Source: Amphiscolops sp. MND2022 (taxonomy: Eukaryota). Taken from it: DNA of 64,000 nucleotides. Location: NCBI GenBank assembly GCA_964187785.1, contig OZ076413.1:46006001-46070000 (forward strand), read 5' to 3'. Position numbers and translations under genes: made by a program. The notes below the pieces were generated by a model. It saw nothing but the letters and a program-made list of their open reading frames with translations, searched no databases and had not been told where the DNA came from. This document shows positions 57,935 through 64,000 of this stretch, piece by piece (position 1 is the stretch's first letter; the number at the start of each line of letters is the position of its first letter).

Positions 57935-59061
57935 TGGTGACAGGAGACAACGAATCTCCACTTCAAGTTCCCGAGTTTCTCACGGGACGAGTCTCATCCA
58001 GAAACCATCTCGACAGGTCCTATGAGGACATCAACCTTGACACGACGATCCCAGTGCAAGAGAGAAATGCTCCGGCTGCTCAAACTGACCCTATTACTCG
58101 ACTGGCAGATGTCTTGACAACAATGCAGAATAGGCCGACAGCCCAACAACTCACTATACGCCCAGTCAATTCCAACACAATGACTTTTGATGGCAAGAGT
58201 GAAAAATTCGAGCTGTTTGAGGACCTGTTCCACACGATGATCAAGATGCAACCGGAAATGACGGAACAGATGAAAATAAATCACTTCCACTCACTGCTGA
58301 GGAAGAATGCTCTCCAAACCTTCCGGAACATCAGCTCGAGCAATAGACAGACTTTAGAGGACGTATTGGTAGTATTCAGACGAAAATACGTCAAGCCCGA
58401 ATCACAGGCGACTGCCAAACATAAATGGCACCGTCTAGTCTTTGATCCCAACACGATGAAACTGCCAGATTTCCTTGAAGAATTAAATCAAGGGGCAGAA
58501 AAAGCATTCGGGGATCACGCGCAGAAAATGATTGACAGTTTGCTCTATGCAAAACTGCCACCAAAACTGAAGCGGTCTGTAAACATGGCCAGACTCGAAC
58601 ACGGCTCTTATGACGAAATAGTTGCTCATTTAGAGAGAGAGTTAGAACTAAATGCCCTTGAGGAATCAGACGACCTACCAATGGCCACAATGACCTCCTC
58701 GACAACAAAATCCAAGACTCCTCTAACTACTGGGCAAATGTCGGACATCACTTGCAACTATTGCAAGGAGAAGGGCCATATAGTCAAAGACTGTGAAAAA
58801 TTGAAGGAGAAAAAGGAAAAAGATGCCCAACAAGGCAAACAAACTCAGAAAAAGACGTATCCGGAGTGTGGCACTTGTGGTAAAAAGAACCACCCGGAAG
58901 AAAGATGTTGGCAAGGTGCTGGTGCGCATCTCAAACCCAAACGCACCAGACCAGATGACGCTAATGACGGTAAACCCAATTCAAAGGCGCAGAAACCACA
59001 AAACAGGTCAACATCTTCCAACTCACAGGCCTCATCTTCCAATGATGAGTCAAAAAACTAA
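57349..59061 (+). CDS. gag: Gag of element C (570 aa)
   Basis: Capsid-like FDGKSEKFELFEDLF region; two zinc knuckles CNYCKEKGHIVKDC and CGTCGKKNHPEERC. Confidence 0.93.
   Translation: MPTTRKQKKARKSRGLEILSDIENLDMMLGGDRYNGTERERSLDSNSVRRRESVISNNLDNEGESLFSNCRNDEPRTSADLGQYSAEANSLAEINRLSSELNSRISREMDEMMSNVDTLIQRAINEAISSQVLPQIQIVIMAGSGRETRRGWEVPVERSEANAEEQRIPNAKADCRNEQNDGYRSGGPSSRHVHDMVTGDNESPLQVPEFLTGRVSSRNHLDRSYEDINLDTTIPVQERNAPAAQTDPITRLADVLTTMQNRPTAQQLTIRPVNSNTMTFDGKSEKFELFEDLFHTMIKMQPEMTEQMKINHFHSLLRKNALQTFRNISSSNRQTLEDVLVVFRRKYVKPESQATAKHKWHRLVFDPNTMKLPDFLEELNQGAEKAFGDHAQKMIDSLLYAKLPPKLKRSVNMARLEHGSYDEIVAHLERELELNALEESDDLPMATMTSSTTKSKTPLTTGQMSDITCNYCKEKGHIVKDCEKLKEKKEKDAQQGKQTQKKTYPECGTCGKKNHPEERCWQGAGAHLKPKRTRPDDANDGKPNSKAQKPQNRSTSSNSQASSSNDESKN
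59052..59058 (+). promoter_or_regulatory. -1 ribosomal frameshift slippery site A AAA AAC
   Basis: In phase with gag just before its TAA; the -1 frame is open into the pol ORF (KLTSLRLQY...QQLMGYP). Confidence 0.85.
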
Positions 59062-62000
59062 CTTCGCTACGACTCCAATACAACGAACTGATATCCGTCC
59101 GACAATACATCAGGTCGGATCCTCCAACGAAAACTTTTCATCAATATACACAACAATTGATGGGCTATCCCTCTGTTGTCTGGCAGCAACAGATGGACAA
59201 AGTAGTAACCATCACATATAACAACACACATTTGTTCCAAAAACCAATTCCTGTTTGGGATCCTGACTACACAACCACCTTTACAACCCGATTCAGGCCC
59301 ATTCCCTTGATCGACGATTACAATCCAACGTACATCGACCCAGATTATGGCAGAGATCCCTATTGGGACATTGAGATTTACAACCAGGACCTCCTACAAT
59401 TCCAATACGTCCTGGATGATATAGCCCATTACCAAACTACAGTCCACGAAAACCCTCCGATAACCCATAACAAGAAAATCAAAGCACTAATCGAAAACTG
59501 GCAAATGAATGATGGGACTCACCATCCAGTATTCCCGAACCCTTTGGGAACCGAAATTAACGAAGCCAGTACAGAACCAATTCCACAATCACTATTGGAC
59601 GAGAAACAATTCCAAAATATCCTCATCACCAAAGATGGTGAACCAGACTGTATACCACTTTCGACCAAAATCAACCTTAAATGCAAAAAACGCATGTTGT
59701 ACTTCCCCATGGACTTTGGGGAATTGACCATAGACGGACTTATTGACACTGGAGCGCTGTCCAGTGCAATTCCTGAAATGGACCTCCGGAAAATTCGACT
59801 TCTATCTCCACAATCTGTCATCCGGGAAGGTCCGCCTCCAAATTTCCAAATAATGGTCGCTAATGGGCAATTGGAAACTCCCAAGAGTACCATAGAGCTC
59901 AAATTTGAAGTTGGTGACATTGAGTTTCATGAGATTTTTATAGTCATGGAACACCTGACAGGTCCGACTATCGGCCTTATGTTCCTTCAACGAAACCATA
60001 CAGTTCTGGACATGAGACAAGGAATACTGAATTTCCCGTTCTTCTCAATGCAGCTCAAAACAGCTGACCATAAATACTCAAATGTATTAGAACCAATTCT
60101 CAATCCCATTGAGATAACCATTCCGCCAAATGATAGAGTCCTAATTAGGACCAATTCCCTACTGTACCCTGAGAATGCTGTCACTGGAATTTTGCAACCG
60201 AGCGACCTTCTACATGAAGAAGGCGACATCACATTCTGCCCAGCCTTGGTCACTCTGAATGACGGCATTATATTGATATCAGTGAGCAATTTCACAGACC
60301 ACCATTATAAACTCAAAAAGGGACTACATATTGCCAATTTCTCCGTCATGACACCAGAACAGATGAAGTATGTTAAACCGGTAGATCCAGCATCAACCTG
60401 GCACCTTTTGCAGAATGACCAGGAGCAAGCAGCCCATTATGTCAGCAGTCTCATCAAAACCAATAGAAATCCACAAAACTCCGAAAATTATTGGTTCCCA
60501 ACTCCAGAAAACCCTGGAAATCCTGAGGAACACACACCTACACAAAAACGAATCCTACGCGAATTACAGACCCTACAGGACCTGGAGACACTCGACCCCA
60601 CCACAGATGCAGAATCGCGTGCAAAATTCCTAGAAAACTTCGACTGGAAAGATTCCACCCTTACTCCTGAAGAGAAGGAGAAAATAGAGGAATTGTTAGT
60701 GGAATTCCACGACATCTTTGCACGACACCGATTTGATATAGGCATGAACGAGGACTTCAAGGTGAAACTGACGCCTAAGGATGATTCCCCGGCCTATAGT
60801 CAAAGCCTCCCAGCTCCTATCAATCTGAAGGAGGATATCCTAGTCAAATTAGCCATGTTACACAAATATGGCATCATCACCACCCTACCGTTCTCGAATT
60901 ATGCGAGTCCAATATTCGCACAAAAGAAACCGAACGGAAAACTCCGACTCTTGGTTGACTTGAGAAAAATCAACAACCTCATCTCAGATGATTATATCAA
61001 CAACAATCATCCCGTCAGTACACTAGTTGACGCCGCCCAACACTTGGCAGGCAAAAAACTGTTGTGTAAATTAGACTGTTCGCAGGCATACCACTGCCTA
61101 CCAATGGCTGACCAACGTTCAATCGAAATGTTGGCTTTCAATTTTGCCAGTCGCACATTCGCCTACAGACGTTTGGCACAAGGCCTTAGCCGGTCACTAT
61201 CGGCATTCTCGAGTTTCATGAGGGAATACCTCGACAAAGTCATCAAAGTGGATCAGTGCGCCCAGTATGTGGACGATATCGGCATCGCAGCCAATGATGT
61301 TGACCACCTCATGACGAACCTGAGAGCTACATTCAAATGCATTCAGGAAGCAGGCCTTGAGTTAACAATGCACAAATGTCATTTCGGTGCAAAAGAAATC
61401 GATTTTCTCGGACGGACTATTACCCCACAAGGCGTCAAACCCCAGAAACAGAATGTGCAAAACATTCTGGAAAAGACTAAATTCCCGAAGTCGAAAAAGG
61501 CTTTACAGCGCTATTTGGGATTCCTAAACTACTACAGGAATTATGTCCCAAGACTCTCCGAACGCCTTGCTCCATTCTACAAGATGCTCAAAAGTGACGA
61601 AAAGGTCCTAGTATCGAAAGAATTAGTCCAACAATTCGAAGAAATCAATAGAGCGCTAGACAAATGTTGCGACTTGGCCCTACAAAAACCCATTCCGAAC
61701 AAACAAATAGCACTAATGACTGATGCAAGTTTTGGTGCAGCTGGATACGCGGTCCTAATCGAAGACGACCCAAGCCAGAAATATACATCACTCAGAAAAT
61801 CATATCCACCAGTAGCATATGGATCAAAAACTTTCACCCCAGCGCAGATAAAGATGTCAATTTACGCCAAGGAATTCCTTGCAATTTATTTTGCATTCAA
61901 AGAAATCGGACGTATCTTCTGGGGTGCGCCGAAACCGGTCATCATCCTTACGGACAACAAAGCTGTCACGAGATTTTTCCAAACAAAAATAATACCCACA

Positions 62001-64000
62001 GCCCTGTGCAACGCGTGTGATTATGTCATTCAATTCAATTTTGTCATAGCACACATCCCAGGGGCACAAAACACAGCTGCCGACTATTTGTCCCGATTAG
62101 AAGCAGATCCGAAGGACAAATTGTTGATGAAATTTCGTGAAGATGTACAGACACTACCAATCGAAATCAATGTCCAATCCGCAGGGGTGTCGCAAGAAGA
62201 ACAAATCTTCTACACCAATGACGACGATGAGACAGAAGAACAGTTTTGGGCAAGAAAAGAAGCAATCAGGAAAAATCCAGCAACTGATGAGCCCACTGTT
62301 ACTATACAAACTCTGTCAACAAATCTGGTCAAACAACACCCCGATATACAAGTCCGATTGAGGAAAACGAACCAGATCATTGTCGAGCAATCCAAAGATA
62401 CGGTACTACAACAATTGAAAGCAAAACTGCTTCATGACGAGTATTCAGAAAATCTACTGCACCAGGATGCCCGATTTAGACATTACGCAAACAATCTGGA
62501 ACGAATTGTACTAAAGGACGAAATCCTGACAAGGCAATATTTCGCTGAAACAGGGAATGTTAAATACCATCAAATTTTACTCCCGCAACATTTACTCCAG
62601 GAATTGCTCCAATCTCTTCACGGGACAGCGCATAAACATCCCGGGATTTCAAAAATGCTGCAGGAAATTCGACAGAGATATTACTACCCTAGCATGGCTA
62701 AACACGTCAAAAAGTGGGTAGAAGGGTGCGAACAATGTGCCAGAGACAAAAGCGTCCCTAATGCAACGATCACACCTGAGCTGCTCAACTTGCCCGAATG
62801 GGACCTTGGACCTGAAGACGCCATGCAAATCGACCTATTGCCGAATCTTCCCCCAAGTGGAGGGTATGAAAATGTCCTAACAGCAATTGACGTATTTTCC
62901 AGATACGTGTTCGCATATCCTCTTACGGACTCATCAGCGATCAATGTGGCGAAAGCGCTCATTGATATCATGACCAAGCATGCATATCTGCCAACAACCC
63001 TTATTACTGATAAAGGAACTGCATTTACTTCCACAATTATCGCGGAGGTTACGCAGATTTTGGGCATCACACTCAAATGTGCAACGACAAAGCACCCGCA
63101 AACAATTGGGAAATTAGAGCGGACCCATGCCTCATTATAGACGAATCTCAAAATGGCATGCGGGGAATACCGCCGACAATGGCATAAGTACTTGCCATTA
63201 GCAGTACTTAATCATAATACTAGCTATAATGCCAGCATCGGTTGTGAACCAACAAGGGTATTCCATGGCAGAATTCCCTATAATATTCTAGATCACAAGC
63301 TTGGAAATAATCCAAACGAAAAAATCAGCCCTACAACCGAATTTGCTGAAGAAATCCAAAACCGGACAAAAATCCTGATTGACAAAACGAAGCAGAACAT
63401 TATGCAGTCGTATATCAAGTACAAATAATATTACGACCGTAAAGCAAAAGCTGCTCCACTAAAGGAGAACGAATACTGTTTTGTCTTACACCGAAAGCGG
63501 ACAATCAAGGATCAAAAATTCCATTCCGTGATTACCGTTGGGTTGGACCATTTGTAGTCCAAAAAGTTTTGCCAAATGAAAACTATATAGTACGACGCAT
63601 CAATACGAACAAAACTCAAATTTTGCATCGCATTCGTCTCAAGAAGTTCGTCCCCAATCAACCGCTTGAGGATGATTTCCGAGAACAACAGCTGCAACCA
63701 GACGAAGAAATCGTCATTCCGCAAGATGATTTATACGTCATAACGTGGGAAACAGATTTTGGCGAGCAGCTAATTACACGAGGCAACGAGCCTATTCCGA
63801 CTAGCGTGCCGAATGGCGAACAACCGAATGCGGCGCTGCCGAATACAAGTGATACACACGAGAATGAAGTGGATTATGTAATCACGAGTGATAAATCAAA
63901 TCTTGCCGATCGTGCGTCGCATAGCCGGAATGAACGATTAATTGATGACGTCACTACAAGAAATGAAGCTAGTGAACAGTCTAGAAATGAAGAACCTGAT
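59052..64000 (+). pseudogene. pol: Pol of element C (PR, dUTPase-like spacer, RT, RNase H, IN); open to 63140, then stops and a frameshift in the integrase
   Basis: LIDTGA, QYVDD, MTDAS, HGTAHKH...CEQC, DDE residues QIDL/TDKG/LERTH; TAG at 63138, TAA at 63426, frameshift near 63490 before RWVGPF. Confidence 0.92.

Larger units (their letters stand above)
56208..64000 (+). mobile_element. Second Ty3/Gypsy LTR retrotransposon family (element C), running off the right edge
   Basis: gag and pol with PR-RT-RH-IN order; left boundary inferred from TGTC at the end of the preceding repeat. Confidence 0.9.

Overview
Repeat-dominated eukaryotic (probably invertebrate animal) DNA; no bacterial operons, rRNA, tRNA or CRISPR were seen. 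Bases 1-38012 hold two diverged, tail-to-tail copies of one very large Ty3/Gypsy LTR retrotransposon family. Copy A (+ strand, 5' end outside the window) is nearly intact; copy B (- strand, 19750-38012, 18.3 kb, both LTRs present) is decayed. The family architecture is unusual: one ~3100-aa Gag-Pol with a pseudo-protease ahead of the real protease, an integrase tail with an AT-hook, a Cys cluster and two tandem TARG1/OARD1-like macrodomains, and a separate 1426-aa ORF in the env position containing a degenerate SGNH-like fold. Bases 38-56 kb are AT-rich, with MITEs, a BEL/Pao relic and a WSC-domain sulfotransferase (WSCD-like) gene split within an exon by a 2.26 kb solo LTR. Bases 56.2-64 kb are a second, unrelated Gypsy element with a -1 frameshift site, whose gag apparently starts ~195 codons inside the LTR. 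All domain calls are by-eye motif recognition and need HMM or structure confirmation.
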